A stretch of 64,000 nucleotides of DNA from Kudoa neothunni (lineage: Eukaryota > Animalia > Cnidaria), in contig OZ199840.1 in the NCBI GenBank assembly GCA_964304625.1, positions 779,284-843,283 of the forward strand, given 5' to 3'. Each line of letters begins with the position of its first letter. Position 1 is the stretch's first letter. The notes below the pieces were generated by a model, which did no database searches, was not told where the DNA came from, and saw only the letters and a list, made by a program, of their open reading frames with translations. Of this stretch, positions 13,402 through 27,007 are shown piece after piece. Position numbers and translations under genes: made by a program.

Positions 13402-15021
13402 AAACATACAAAACACCAGCTTTCAAATATTTTTGTAATCTTAACTTACAGCAATGATTTATCCGCTTTATTTGGGCCTATCATAACATTATTGGTTTGT
13501 ATTATAAAATATTGTAAAAATAATCCCTTTGTTATCTAATTTAGATGTCCATATAATATAGGACAGAGTAGAAAATTTAAATTAAGAATGTTCTATGGTG
13601 TTAACTAGACATTACCTCCATAATAATTGTTAAGAATGGAGTATCATTAATTTCATGATATAAAAGCCATTATAAAATAAAAATTTATCATTCAATTATT
13701 TTTTTAACCTATTTAATTTGATAAGGAGACGTCCACAATCCAAATAAATCGTTGGAGTATAAATTAATTGCATTCTCACGCATAGACGTTAATTTAATTA
13801 AGTAAATATTTTAAAATCCAGAAAAATTCTATTTCCAACTGTAATATTTAATTTTTAGTCTACAGATACAACTTAGGAATTACAATTTCCGGTAAATAAG
13901 TTATTACAAAATTTATTGAGCAATAATTCTTACACATTAAGTCAAAACTAATTTTCTTGAAAAATTATTTAAAGATTCGATATTATTTAGTTTCATTTAT
14001 TCAAACATAAATAGTTAAAATTTTGGCTGAAATTTTCTTGTACAAAGGCACCGGCTGCTTACCAAGAGCAAGTACCCACGACCCACGCCTGTCGTCAACA
14101 TTAGCCGCGCATGCGCGGACTGTAAACCGGGGATGGGAATTTTGTTAAAAAATTATAATATTGAAATTTCGATCGTGTCGTTGGGTTTTACTTGTGACAA
14201 TTTATGTTGGTGCTCGCTCACACGAACGAAACTCATGAATTTGCCACTCCTGTATTAAACGGGTTGCTAGCAGGATTAATAAAAACCCGAGGATAGACGG
14301 TCAAAAATCCCAAGCCCTAGTATTAAAATTGTATGTAAGAATGAGCGAAAAAAATTTGATTAATCAAATTATGACTCAACTAAACTCAACGAGGATTTGG
14401 CTGTAAATCCCATATAACGTATACTTCTACGTAAATTGTCATTCTAGAAAACAATACTTCTGGAGCCGCGAAAAATAATCCACACAGGCTGGTCGATTGT
14501 TGCGCGTGCGTGTGATATTTCAATTATCAAATAAAATATGGGAACATAATTATATCGTCGTTCAACACGAATTACAAAAGAATTATTTGATAGTAAAATA
14601 AAACGTTGTGGCCTGCATTAGTACTTAGATTCTATATTAAATTTTGTTAAAGTATATACTTCATGCGCACGCAGATTTTGTTGGCGACTGTTTGTCAAGC
14701 GCAATATAACGTTTTTTTGGCAAATTTTGCCATGGGAAAATTCCATACTGTTTAGATAATAATATCCCCCATTTATCGGTTTAGATGATATCATTTTACA
14801 ATTATTATCTAAAATAATTTTTCAACAATTACCATTCGTTGTTTATTTTACAAGAAATAGGTTGTTTCCGTTTTAATAGCCTAAAAAATCATATTTCTCG
14901 GTGGTTACCTGGTTTCCATTGATTTGTAAAACGAAATTTCTTATGCCAATATTTTTTTAATAAATAATGTCCAATGTAATCGAAATGCTGAACAATTTTG
15001 TCCAAAATTCTATTTGCCCTT

Positions 15022-15118
15022 TGTAGCGTACCAACTTAACCGGCAGCAGCCGGTTGATAATGGGATTATTTGTGCTTTGATAAAAAGGGGTTTTTATTAG
15101 CGCAAAATACATATTACA
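15022..15118 (+). mobile_element. Solo LTR (97 bp) of the gypsy element
   Basis: TG...CA, same sequence as 5' LTR 26890-26986; flanks CCCTT and CCTTT; occupies the site of the full element in copy 2. Confidence 0.95.
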
Positions 15119-15621
15119 CCTTTCAAGAAGGATTCTCATGTGTTTTGATTTTTCGAAATAGTTAACCTTAGTGAATTGTATTTTACAAGGTAAAATATAA
15201 ATAGTTTCCTTAACGGCAGATTAGAGTAATGCTAATTTTTTCCTACTTTTTAGTATTTCTTTAGAAAACAATCATAATAACAAAAAAAAACAACAGATGA
15301 CACGAATTATATCTGATATTAGATTTAATCGTCCTTCATGTGAATTATCCTCTGATGAAATCGGATTAAGAGTCTGTAATTTTTTAAAAACATAAATGAT
15401 ATATATATATTTATTGAAAATACATAATATTTCATATTATTTGAATCAGTTAATTTAAATCAAAATTCCTCCTAACACGTTCAATTTCCCTATGGCGCAA
15501 TGAATGATTGAGACCGCAGTAGGTTTTGTATAGAATATCCCCAAAAAATATTAAAGGATAAAACAACAAACGTTTTACGAGGAGGAAATATTGTGAAGAA
15601 GATAATATGTGTGTTTATGAA

Positions 15622-16202
15622 TTACGGAGTGGATGAACATTCATCTTTAGTTCTCTCATGTGGAACGGAGAACGTGATTTCTACTCTCTTTGGTTTCTTC
15701 TTAAATTTCTTCCCCATAATGGAATTCCATAGATTCTTATTCAAACTACAAGATTTTTGTGGATTTGATTCAGCCGTTGGTAGCTTACATTTTTCGGAAA
15801 TATCGTCATCAGTAGAAGAAACTTTCTTTTCGTTTATAACGGGATCGTTAATTTCGGATGATGGATCATGTTCAGTAGACTTGATTTGGGTAGGTTGGAT
15901 GAAATCGGTACTATGTGTTTTAACATTTTGGGGATCATCGGTATTGTACAGCGAGGTAGGGCCAGCTGGTTCAGTAAATTCGAATTTCTCTGTTTGCACA
16001 GATTCCATATAGGGGATATCAGTCGATGTTGGTGATGATGATGGTGTTGTTGTTGTTGTTGGGAAAATTTCGGTCAATGTTGTAAACGACTGATTAACAT
16101 CGTCATATAAAGTAGATGAAGATGGTGAATTAGGTTGGTTTGTTCTTAATTTTGACGTATTTATTCTAATATTTTCGCACGATGAATAATTGGTAGATTC
16201 AT
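15622..16202 (-). CDS. Ser/Thr/Pro-rich mucin-like protein, main exon (upstream exons likely)
   Basis: Frame stays open upstream of 16077 to an AG acceptor at 16203-16204; shares ESVQT and P[KR]RVE[IV]T with the 2695-3499 product. Confidence 0.6.
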
Positions 16203-16699
16203 CTAATTTAAATAGTATTATAAATAATGATAACTATGAATTGTTGGTATTAATTGAAGGTGTATTAACCTTAAAAAGAGAGTTTTTATTTGTTTTCAGA
16301 AATAGAATATTATTATAAGTAAATACTTATGAATCACAAAGCGTTTACTGCTTATTCGATATAATTTTTGATACAATAGAAAAATATTTAACCTATAAAT
16401 AAAATAATAACTATAAAATTAATTATATACATTATTTTTCCGATAATATATTTAAAAATAATTATAACATATTATAATTATTGAATTTTTATTATTGACA
16501 TAGGTTTAATTAATTACGTTTTTATTTATTTTAGTTTTTCATTAATTATAACGATGTGAGTTTTTCAAACACTGCTTTCTATTAAATCTCAGAGTAAACT
16601 GCATGTGTGGCTACATTTACTACTTCTGAAACAGTTCGATTATTTCTACGGAATGGCGCTTAGTAGGGTCTATGTTTGATCATCATCTATTAATTTATT

Positions 16700-17601
16700 A
16701 TGGAATCTTGTTGAGTATATTTATTATTTATTTTATTTAGACATCTTTGAAGTCTTTAATGCTGATATTTATGCATTGATTTGATCACATTGGTCCGCCA
16801 CAATAAGTTCATCTTGGTTTTATATCTGCATTTTAAGTTACCGGAGAGAACTAGATTTAGTTTTCATACTTATAAATGTCTTTAAATAACATCACGTTAA
16901 TTTCATAATAATTGATGGCGTTTAGACCGACTCAAAAAGGGGATTCCAAATGGACCCCATCGGCAAACCCGTAATTTTTTCGCACACAGTAAGTTTAAAA
17001 TCATAAACCAACCAACCAACCAATAGATACAGATTCTGATTTGGAGACACCAAAAGGAATTCATTAACTTTATTAATAAAGACATATTGAAAATCTTCTA
17101 TCTTTTTTAGCTCGTCAATTAAATCGACTCTTCCACTTGTAGATCAACATCCATATTTTCTCCCTTTGAGTTTTTATTACTTTTGTAGGGAACAATCGTT
17201 ATAATGTTAAAATATCCAGTCTGTATAATTAAAATAGCATATAAAGCAGATCTTATTTTTACATCCAAGAACATCATTATTTCAAATTCAATGTTTGATT
17301 TATTCGTTATTTTTTGAGAATATTTTACAATTTCAACTTTTGAGGTAGAGTTGAAATTTTTAACATCTATTGGCACATAAGCCATAAATTTCCTTGTGTT
17401 GAAGTAAATTCGTTAAGCACAAGCCAGAACTGTGAACAACAAATAAAATGCATAAAAACTATTGTTATTTTAATTTTTCTAGAGTGTAATTGATGGAATA
17501 TTTTACTTTCGTTATAAAGTTTGTATAGTACAAATTAAGTTTTCTAGAAATTGATTAATTTATGTTTTATTGCGATTTTACGTACCACCCATAAGTCACT
17601 G
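16700..17601 (-). mobile_element. pogo/Tigger-like (Tc1/mariner superfamily) remnant with one terminus
   Basis: TA-flanked end CAGTGACTTATGGGTGGTACGTAA at 17601, same as the TIR at 49422; decayed translation resembles a pogo N-terminal HTH (KVEIVKYSQK) and the CENP-B-like S.GW...F motif. Left boundary approximate. Confidence 0.6.
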
Positions 17602-20575
17602 TATATAAATAAATAAAACTACTCTTTATTATAGCATTGTTAATTAATATATTTTGTAAGAATTCCAAACGAAATATATTAATAAAATTAATCAATAAAA
17701 TATTTTTCACATTCAAATTGATAAAACTAATAAAAATGTTTCTACAGAATTTTTTTATTCAAAAATTATTAATGAATATTAAAGTATTTTCATCCTTATT
17801 AATTAATGTTTTTCACATCCATTAATAAATCTAAATTTTTTTAATACAAAATTTTTGTTAAACAATTTAATTAAGATTGAACTAATTTACTCTAAATTAT
17901 ATCATGTTTCTGAGTAAATTTTATATAAGATTTGTGTTAATAATATTGATTTCTTGATTAAAAGAACAGTTAAACCATTAAAATTAATTAATTAATTATG
18001 ACATAAATAGATATAACTTTAAATTATAGAAAATATATTTAGTGATCGTAATATTATTGAAGAGTAAATTTAATAACAAAGTTATATTTTTTCTCATTCA
18101 AATCTATTTGAATATTTCAAAGTGCTATATATTTTATGAGGGATTTAATTGCGTAGAGCAATACTACGTTATCTTTTACAATATTCATTTAAAATAATAT
18201 AAGATTTTAAATTTCCTATTAAAACCACATTATAATGACATCCATGATGAGAATAATCTAGCGATAACATTATATAAACTGTTAAACCATATGATGAGTC
18301 AAAATTTAGCTCCCATTCAAAGATTAACTGAATTTGAAATCATGTTTAAAAAGAACATAAGTGCCTATAAATTCATCTAACGCGAGATTACAACCATCAG
18401 TTATTACTTACATTCATATTTTTCGGTTCATTATTCCGATAAACAAACAACAACCAGTATACCTCATTAAGTCATCTTTTAAAACCGAGCCTTGCTCTTG
18501 TCGTTCATTTTATATGTAATCAACGTGGGTGATACGTAGTTTGTAGTGAAGTGTAGTTTGTAATTTGAGAAAATATTAAAAATTTAACTTACACATAATA
18601 TTATACTAAATCATTTATTTTTAATCTATTTAAACGATATTTTACCATTAAGAAAATAACTTATAAATGTTTAAAATATTTAATTATGTTTTAAGAATTA
18701 TTTTTAGTGAAGTGTAGCTCGTAAATGTTCAGATGGGTTGAGATTTTTGTTTACGAGTGATGGCGAAATATGGAAATGAAAAAAATTGAGTTAAGAATTT
18801 AAAAGAGAAATATGAAATTATAAATTTATTCCAAAACCAGCGAAGGCGGGAAGCGTAAATAATATTGAAAAGGACGTTTAGTTTAGTGATTTCATAAGTG
18901 GCGGTAAATATCACAAAAACGCAAATTATCATAAGTTCGATCACAGCGAACGATAAATTACTTCATTCGAAATGACCTCTCTCTCATTTGTCTGATTAGG
19001 ACATTACTTGAAATATCATAATTTTCATAGTTATTAACATCAAACGGATATTGAACGAGAATTACACACTATAATTGTCAGAAAACTTAAGAATATAACT
19101 ATAACTAAATAATTTACCTCTAAGTAACATATTATAATTGATTTAAAGCAGGGTTCGTCAACGACAAGCCCAGGGAAGGGAGTCCACTTTAAAGTTCAGT
19201 TGTTTTTATTATTAGACATACCTTGTATTATTTATCTTATTTTCATAATCGATCTCCTCGACTCACAAAGACGATTGATTGCAATATAAACGAACTTAAT
19301 TAAATATTATTTCCTCTTTTACTAAATGTAAATGTGTAAAAAACAAAATAAAGCTCAAAAAATCCCCCTAATTAGATTTCTTTCACATTTTAACTTATTA
19401 AACGGTACTTTTCTCATTGTGACGAATGGAAACGTATAATTATTGTTTTTAAAGATTTTGAACTATCATCTGGGTGTCTGAAATATTAAGTCCAATATAA
19501 ATAAAATACATGACAGAATAACTGTAAAAAACAACATATTTTTATGAAATTATTATTTTTCTAGCGATATCATCAAAATGTATTCTAATATAACTCAAAA
19601 ACATATTTATCAAGCTGATTTTCAATTGTATTGTGTTAAATGCAATATATCTAAATGACTAAGATATATTCTGACCCGCTTTATCTTTTAAAAAGGATTT
19701 TTCGGCCCTGTTTTAAAAAACATTTTATGGAATAATTTAATAAAACGGCGATCATCAATACTGAATTGGGACTGGATATAAGCTTGAAGATCTGTTTGAA
19801 GCAAAATTTTATCTTCTGGAGTCTTTGGAATTTAATAATTCATTTATATAACCCGTTTAATGCCTTTTCCCAAATCTGGTCCTAGATTAACCACCTTAAA
19901 ATGTAAATTAGAAAGTTCTGATAAGTTTGCATTTTCTTATAATATTGAATGTCGACCAGGAATCGATTAATTAGTGAACGAAGATAGTTTGTTTTGTGCA
20001 TTTGATAATTTAAATAATATCTCGTACAACGAAATCGTTGTCGAACCTGTCTAGAAAATTAATAATGAACTAATAGATCCAAATACCCTTTTTAATGAAA
20101 TTTTTATTCTTGTCGAATATTTTAAAATGTTTTTAAAAGGTGTTGGGTTGCGAATTAAAACTCAAATCTTAAGTAAATAATTATATTGGGAATATTCAAA
20201 AAATTTAAAATAATGGATTCTTCAAATAATTTTTATAAAATATTTAAAAATTTCTGGTTTTCATTCAATTTTAATATTGCCTGTGTACAGCATTATCATT
20301 AAAAAACGTCACTAAAAGAATAGATCTTAATTTTCTACGATTTCCAGGTGATTACAAAATTATTAGTCATTTAATTTATGATAATTTTTTATTCCAATAT
20401 TATTCACGAAGTTGTTAGGAAGTCAATGTCAATATATAACGAAAGCTAGGATATTTAAAATAAAAAAAATCAAAATAAAAAGAAAAAGAAAAATTGTATA
20501 TTGCTAATTAACGAAGAATTTTAACTAAGATGTAATAAGAGAGATATATGTTTTTTTAGACGATGGTTGATCTAT

Positions 20576-21252
20576 TCAAATACACGGCGTGTTGGCACGA
20601 CGAGTCAATGTGACTTCCACACGCCGAGGGTCCGAAATGTCTCGCATTTTCGAACGGGGTCAATTTTTTATTACCTTGAAGATCATTAATGGCTGTGGGA
20701 TAAAAATATAATACCTTGTACATTGTTTTCTTGAGGATTTGTATCGCCCAATAATCTTTCCTTTAAATATAATAGGGCCATAATATCATTGATTGGTGAA
20801 TCATTTTGGTTAGAAAATGGGTCCACAGCCCCTTGGAATTCATTACCAATTAATTGATTGCTTCGATGTTCATCGTGGCTGACTTGTAAATCAGGAGTCT
20901 CATTTCTAACATTTATGGTGGACGTTGTTTGGACTGATTCCTATAACGTTTACAAAATGACGGCGTGTGAACAACAATCGAATTTACAGTTGAGGAAAGT
21001 TTGCGTAGGAGCACTATTTACACTTGATGTGGATGTCGATATGGATGTGGATGTGGTTATGGATGTCGATGTGGGTATGGATGTGGATGTGGGTATGGAT
21101 GTGGCATGTCGATGTGGATGCGGATGTGGATGTGGATGTAGATGTAGATGTAGGTGTGGTCGTGGATGTAGATGTAGAGGTTGGTTCATTTATACTAGGT
21201 GCATGGTTATTCATATTTGCTTGTTCAGCTGCAATGTAATCAAGAGGATTAC
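20576..21252 (-). pseudogene. Copy-2 mucin-like gene with shorter repeat and frameshifts
   Basis: Homologous to 2695-3499; several 1-bp homopolymer indels and a frameshift in the repeat, which may be consensus errors. Confidence 0.55.
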
Positions 21253-22626
21253 CTATTTTATTTTATTTAAAGGTTTCATGAGATCATATATAATTTTTAA
21301 TGACTTTTAAAGTTTTAATGAGAGCGATGTGGTATTATCTAAGTAATTAAGCTCATTAAAAATTTTTATTTTAGATAGACAATTATTAAGAATCGTATTT
21401 ATAAGTACAAAATATTTATGATCAAAACAAAAATTGTCAATTTACTCGGAAAACATTTGCTTATTCATAGAAATATATTATAATAATTAAAATATAAATT
21501 ATAGTATTATTGGTAACAGTTCAAATGTTTTTATTATTAAAGCACATTGAAGATAATGTATACTTTAAAATATGTAGGATTTTCTAAAATATGGAATAAC
21601 TGATTATTCTCTAGTATAAATGATGTGTAGAAAAACTTCTAAGATTAATTTTTCAAATTTTAGTTAAAAATAAATCAATAAAAAAATTTTATATGCTTAT
21701 TCTGATTGGTTAATATATAACTTAGAATTAAATTTTACATTAAGATTAATAGTTTTAAATAAGGTTAAATTACACCATCGAAAAAAAAACAATTGGGGCG
21801 AGTTAACCATTCATTTATGTCTAAATTATTAATTTAAATAACTTGTTGATGAAAATATTCTCTCTATTAACATCATATTATTTATAAATATAAATATTAT
21901 TCATTACAATAATATTTATATTTATAATTTAGTCATCTTATTGAGTTAATATTTAAAAATTTTAATACTGATATGAAGACATTATAATATTAATATTTAT
22001 GTATATTTTTAAATTTACACAATAAGGAAATATTCTTATATATATATATAATGGTAAAGATTATAATTCTTAAAAATCCATAAGTAATATTTAACATTTA
22101 TGAAATAATAGAGATATTACCATAGGTGAAAACATAATCAAAGGTAAAAATAGCCCCGATTTACTATAAAAGTTATAGTTTATATTATTATTATAATTTG
22201 GTGGTAAAATCCATTTTTTTAATGATATTTAATTGGCACAATACATATTTTAGAGAAAAAAATAAATAATTTACATTTAAATGAACGAATAAATTAAAGA
22301 CAATAATATGTACTATAATTAAATGCCATATAATAAACATACACTTATAAGAAATTAGAACATAGAAAATTTTTTTAAATAATTAATCATCAAAAATATT
22401 CTATATTGATACTCTCTTTTGTAGAATGAATTAAATTATCGTTTATAAATTATATTAATGTTTTCATAACCTGATTATTAATATTGATTATTTTATATTA
22501 ATATTGAAATTTTATAAAATATATTAATTTATGAAATTTTTATTTGTTTTAAGAAAATCAATATCGCCTAGTTAACGTAACGCAGAAAGTCTAAATTCTT
22601 TACTCCTATCTACAAAGAGTGATTCT

Positions 22627-23397
22627 TCAAGCATCATAATCGAAATTAACTTATTTGATATAACTCATAATTCTCGGAAAAGTTTTCTTACCTACGAGTT
22701 TGATGTTTTTATCTATGAGGTGCTCTTTCAAACGATCTAGGCATAAATTTGTTTTATATGCCAAATAAGGTTGCTAAAATATTATCTACATACACATGTT
22801 TTTATATTTAGATTACATAACTAGGAATGTCTTCTACAGGAAATTCTTTCAGAAATTTGTGTAACACTATTCTCTAAATCGCGGATGATATTTGAATACA
22901 AATAATCACGTACACCACACGTTAAATTAGATATAGTATCAGTGAAATAAATAACTATTAAATTATTAGAGGAGATATAAAAGAGTACTCTAAAGATTTA
23001 CTTTTGTTACTGACGCAATAAGCGTTCGTTCCACACATGACTTGAGAACTCATTTCATTGAATTCAGTCGAAAGGTTTCCAATTATAACATTACTTATAC
23101 CACTCTAAGTCCATTTGTAAAAGCTTGAATACTATAGACATTACCAGCTCGGAATCAGTTGTAGCATACGATTCGCTATGGATCTCAAATATACGTTTCA
23201 AATGATCGTATGACGTTTTCGTTAAACACGCCTAGCATCCAACGTAAAATACATATATTGGGGATGTAAACCTGTGGACAATTTCCTTCAAAAACTGGGG
23301 TTTCCGCCGATGTGCATGTTAAACTAAACACTAAAAAAATAGTTATATTATATATGATGTAACATTTACAAAGAATAAGGAAACATTCGCCTAACAT
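22627..23397 (-). CDS. 8-exon secreted Cys-containing protein, family member A2
   Basis: Same splice sites as A1, spliced frame open, many replacements (e.g. RIVLHKFLKEFPVEDIPSY versus RIMTHKLLKEYSEEELASY). Confidence 0.8.
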
Positions 23398-26300
23398 ATT
23401 TATTAATTCGCAATTATTTTAGTATGGTTTTGCGCGTGATGCTTATATACATGTTATATCGGTTAATTTATTCTCATATTATTTCTTTTGTTTAAATTAA
23501 ATGTGCGGTTTTTTAGAAATGAAATATCTGATAATATATTTATTGTGAATGTTAAACAGTATTTTTTACTCTAACAAAAGCTTATCAACTGATAATTTAT
23601 AATAACTGTACAAAATTATTACTTATCGTACTTTAATAGATGGTACTCATAGAATATACATAACTTTTAAAATGGAATTGAAAAAGTATATATTAAGGAT
23701 AAATCTGTAGTGAATCTAATTGATAAATTTATTATAAATTTCGTTAGGTTATGCGTTAAGACGTACGTATGGTTAATCCATATTGGAACAATTAATGAAT
23801 ATAAACTCTAAGTAATAATTTTAATATAAATTATAATAAAAAGTTATATTGGAAATTACAAAAAAAATTATTATTAATTTTTATCCAAAATATACTTACA
23901 ATTAGAATTGATTTCTTCAAGTTGGTGTTTGTTTATTCATGTCTGAATCTGCGTATACCTAAATAAGTTTACCTTGTTTTATATATGAAATATTAGATAG
24001 AACAATATATATAACGTTAATTACTTACTATTGGCTTACTAAACTAAGGAAGGTATCTTCGCTGTCCTAATTGAATGGTATTTTATTCGTAATAAATGAC
24101 TGGTTGATTTGGCTGAATCATTAATAATGAAATAGTTGATAACGTTATTAACCACTTTTTATAACACCTTTGAAAATTCATTATGGATTTTATGTGATTA
24201 ATATTTATATATTATAAAATTCTATCGTATAGAATATTATATAATATCCTCGTCGTATTATTTAATGAATATTACAATTGGTATAAATTTTTATTAATAT
24301 TTGATTTATCTCTACATGAACGTCCAATTGTTTTATGTTTTTTTAATATTTATTTACCTTGTATAATTTTAACTTAAAAAATCTATTCATAAGGTATATT
24401 TATTCTAATCAATCGGTTCACTTATTGACTAACCTTCAACTTTAAAAAATGTACTTACGAATTATTACAACCCTGGAGTCAACAGTGAACTCATTAAACG
24501 GAAAATATATTTTCTACGAGAAAAATATAGGTTTATATATTTTATGATGAAGTTCATATAAAAAAGCTCTACTTTTCGGAATCATTGAATTAACATTCTT
24601 AATAATATGTAATATTTATTTTATGAGTAATTATTTTTTTATTAATTATAATCGGATTAGCAAAAATAAATTGAATATTAGCGCAAAATTGTCCAACCTT
24701 ATAGTATTTTATAAACAAGAAAGTTTTATCACATGAAATCCTTATTAAAATAATAAACTATAGTCGTAAAATTTTGAATGTGTCAAAATTTAATGGATAC
24801 AAAAATCCTCAAGTTGAATTTATATAAAAGTAAGCTCTGATTCTATTATGGATCTTCGTTCTAAACACTCCTAATGTTATATTTGACTCCAAAGAGGAGT
24901 TAATATATTCACTTATCGTAAGGTTCGCATTTTTTAATAGATCGCTGGTGCTAGAAATATTGAATTTCTCTTTTGTGTGATACCAGAAGTTTTATTTGAA
25001 GATATCAAACTGGTAAGAACTAGATTTTTTGATCTTCCAGAAACGCCAAAGATTTTTTATTTCTCCAAATAAATTAATTTAAGTAGTGTATATGGGTTTC
25101 GGTTCTACGTACTTAAATGATTTATATATTCATTTTAACATAGTGTGGTATTCAACTCAGTTACACGCGTTAAATTTTAGACTGCTAATTACAGCATTAT
25201 GGGATGATTTTAAATCAAACTAACGAATATATGATTATATTAATATATTATCTAGCGTGGGATAATAAAAGTTCTCATTAGATATTAGCTATTGGGAAAT
25301 TATCATTAAAAACAATTTTTTGCTATTTTAGAACATCATAAATTATTATATTTTTTAACATTATTTATATTAAAAATATGATAATTTTTATTGCGCCCTC
25401 TGTTCTTATGGTAAACCTGATAAAAATATTCTTTTAATTTTTATCAAAATATGATAGCACATCCGAATTTTTATATAAAAATCAAGTAGATCTGACGTTA
25501 GAGCCGAAATTAGCCATTAGTGATAGTAGGAAATTATGTATGCTAGAAGTTCCAACAGAATTATTTCATAATCACTCCATAATGGATGCGTCGTAAAAAA
25601 TTATGATTGATTAAGTTATAAAATTATTTAATTTCAATAAAAATGGAAAACTTTAATTACGTTTCAATTCAGTAGAGTCAAAAATAAATAACTTGGCTAT
25701 TTATCGAAAAATAAGGACTCTAATATTAAAAGAAATGCAGAAATAACATAATATATTATATCAGTTGTTGTACATCAATTTTTCTAAATAGTTTACTAAG
25801 TATGCCGCCTTCACATATTTTATGAAATATATAATCCGAAATAAACCGCGAAAGTACACTTCACATTATTAATAGTATTTCCTGCGCCTACTGCAAAATT
25901 ATCTTCCTGTGGTTTGAATTTTATTGATATGTAAAAAAAAAGTTTTAAGCAGATTAACTACTCGCCACATTATTGCGCGTGCGCGGACTGTAAACCGGGG
26001 ATGGGAATTTTGTTAAAAAATTATAATATTGAAATTTCGATCGTGTCGTTGGGTTTTACTTGTGACAATTTATGTTGGTGCTCGCTCACACGAACGAAAC
26101 TCATGAATTTGCCACTCCTGTATTAAACGGGTTGCTAGCAGGATTAATAAAAACCCGAGGATAGACGGTCAAAAATCCCAAGCCCTAGTATTAAAATTGT
26201 ATGTAAGAATGAGCGAAAAAAATTTGATTAATCAAATTATGACTCAACTAAACTCAACGAGGATTTGGCTGTAAATCCCATATAACGTATACTTCTACGT

Positions 26301-27007
26301 AAATTGTCATTCTAGAAAACAATACTTCTGGAGCCGCGAAAAATAATCCACACAGGCTGGTCGATTGTTGCGCGTGCGTGTGATATTTCAATTATCAAAT
26401 AAAATATGGGAACATAATTATATCGTCGTTCAACACGAATTACAAAAGAATTATTTGATAGTAAAATAAAACGTTGTGGCCTGCATTAGTACTTAGATTC
26501 TATATTAAATTTTGTTAAAGTATATACTTCATGCGCACGCAGATTTTGTTGGCGACTGTTTGTCAAGCGCAATATAACGTTTTTTTGGCAAATTTTGCCA
26601 TGGGAAAATTCCATACTGTTTAGATAATAATATCCCCCATTTATCGGTTTAGATGATATCATTTTACAATTATTATCTAAAATAATTTTTCAACAATTAC
26701 CATTCGTTGTTTATTTTACAAGAAATAGGTTGTTTCCGTTTTAATAGCCTAAAAAATCATATTTCTCGGTGGTTACCTGGTTTCCATTGATTTGTAAAAC
26801 GAAATTTCTTATGCCAATATTTTTTTAATAAATAATGTCCAATGTAATCGAAATGCTGAACAATTTTGTCCAAAATTCTATTTGCCCTTTGTAGCGTACC
26901 AACTTAACCGGCAGCAGCCGGTTGATAATGGGATTATTTGTGCTTTGATAAAAAGGGGTTTTTATTAGCGCAAAATACATATTACATTGGTGCCGAACGT
27001 GTTTAAC

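Larger units (their letters stand above)
7674..14091 (+). mobile_element. hAT-superfamily DNA transposon, decayed, with nested MULE
   Basis: 8-bp TSD TCGTCAAC at 7666-7673 and 14092-14099; termini CAGGC...GCCTG with imperfect TIR; absent at the matching site in copy 2 (~25962). Confidence 0.92.
631..18213 (+). repeat. Tandem segmental duplication, copy 1 (includes 6.4 kb hAT/MULE insertion and solo LTR)
   Basis: Homology to 18507-34144 begins at ATTTTATATGTAATCAACGTGGGTGAT and ends at AAGATTTTAAATT; long stretches are identical (e.g. ORFs 15622-16077 and 31548-32003 give the same protein). Confidence 0.95.

Noticed and set aside
15593-16012. + strand hydrophobic ORF (also 31519-31938) and antisense ORFs within pol, hAT and the membrane genes
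   Set aside because: Shadows of coding sequence on the opposite strand.
16940-16975. GLPMGS as a Penelope-like RT motif
   Set aside because: No other RT motifs; context fits a decayed pogo transposase.
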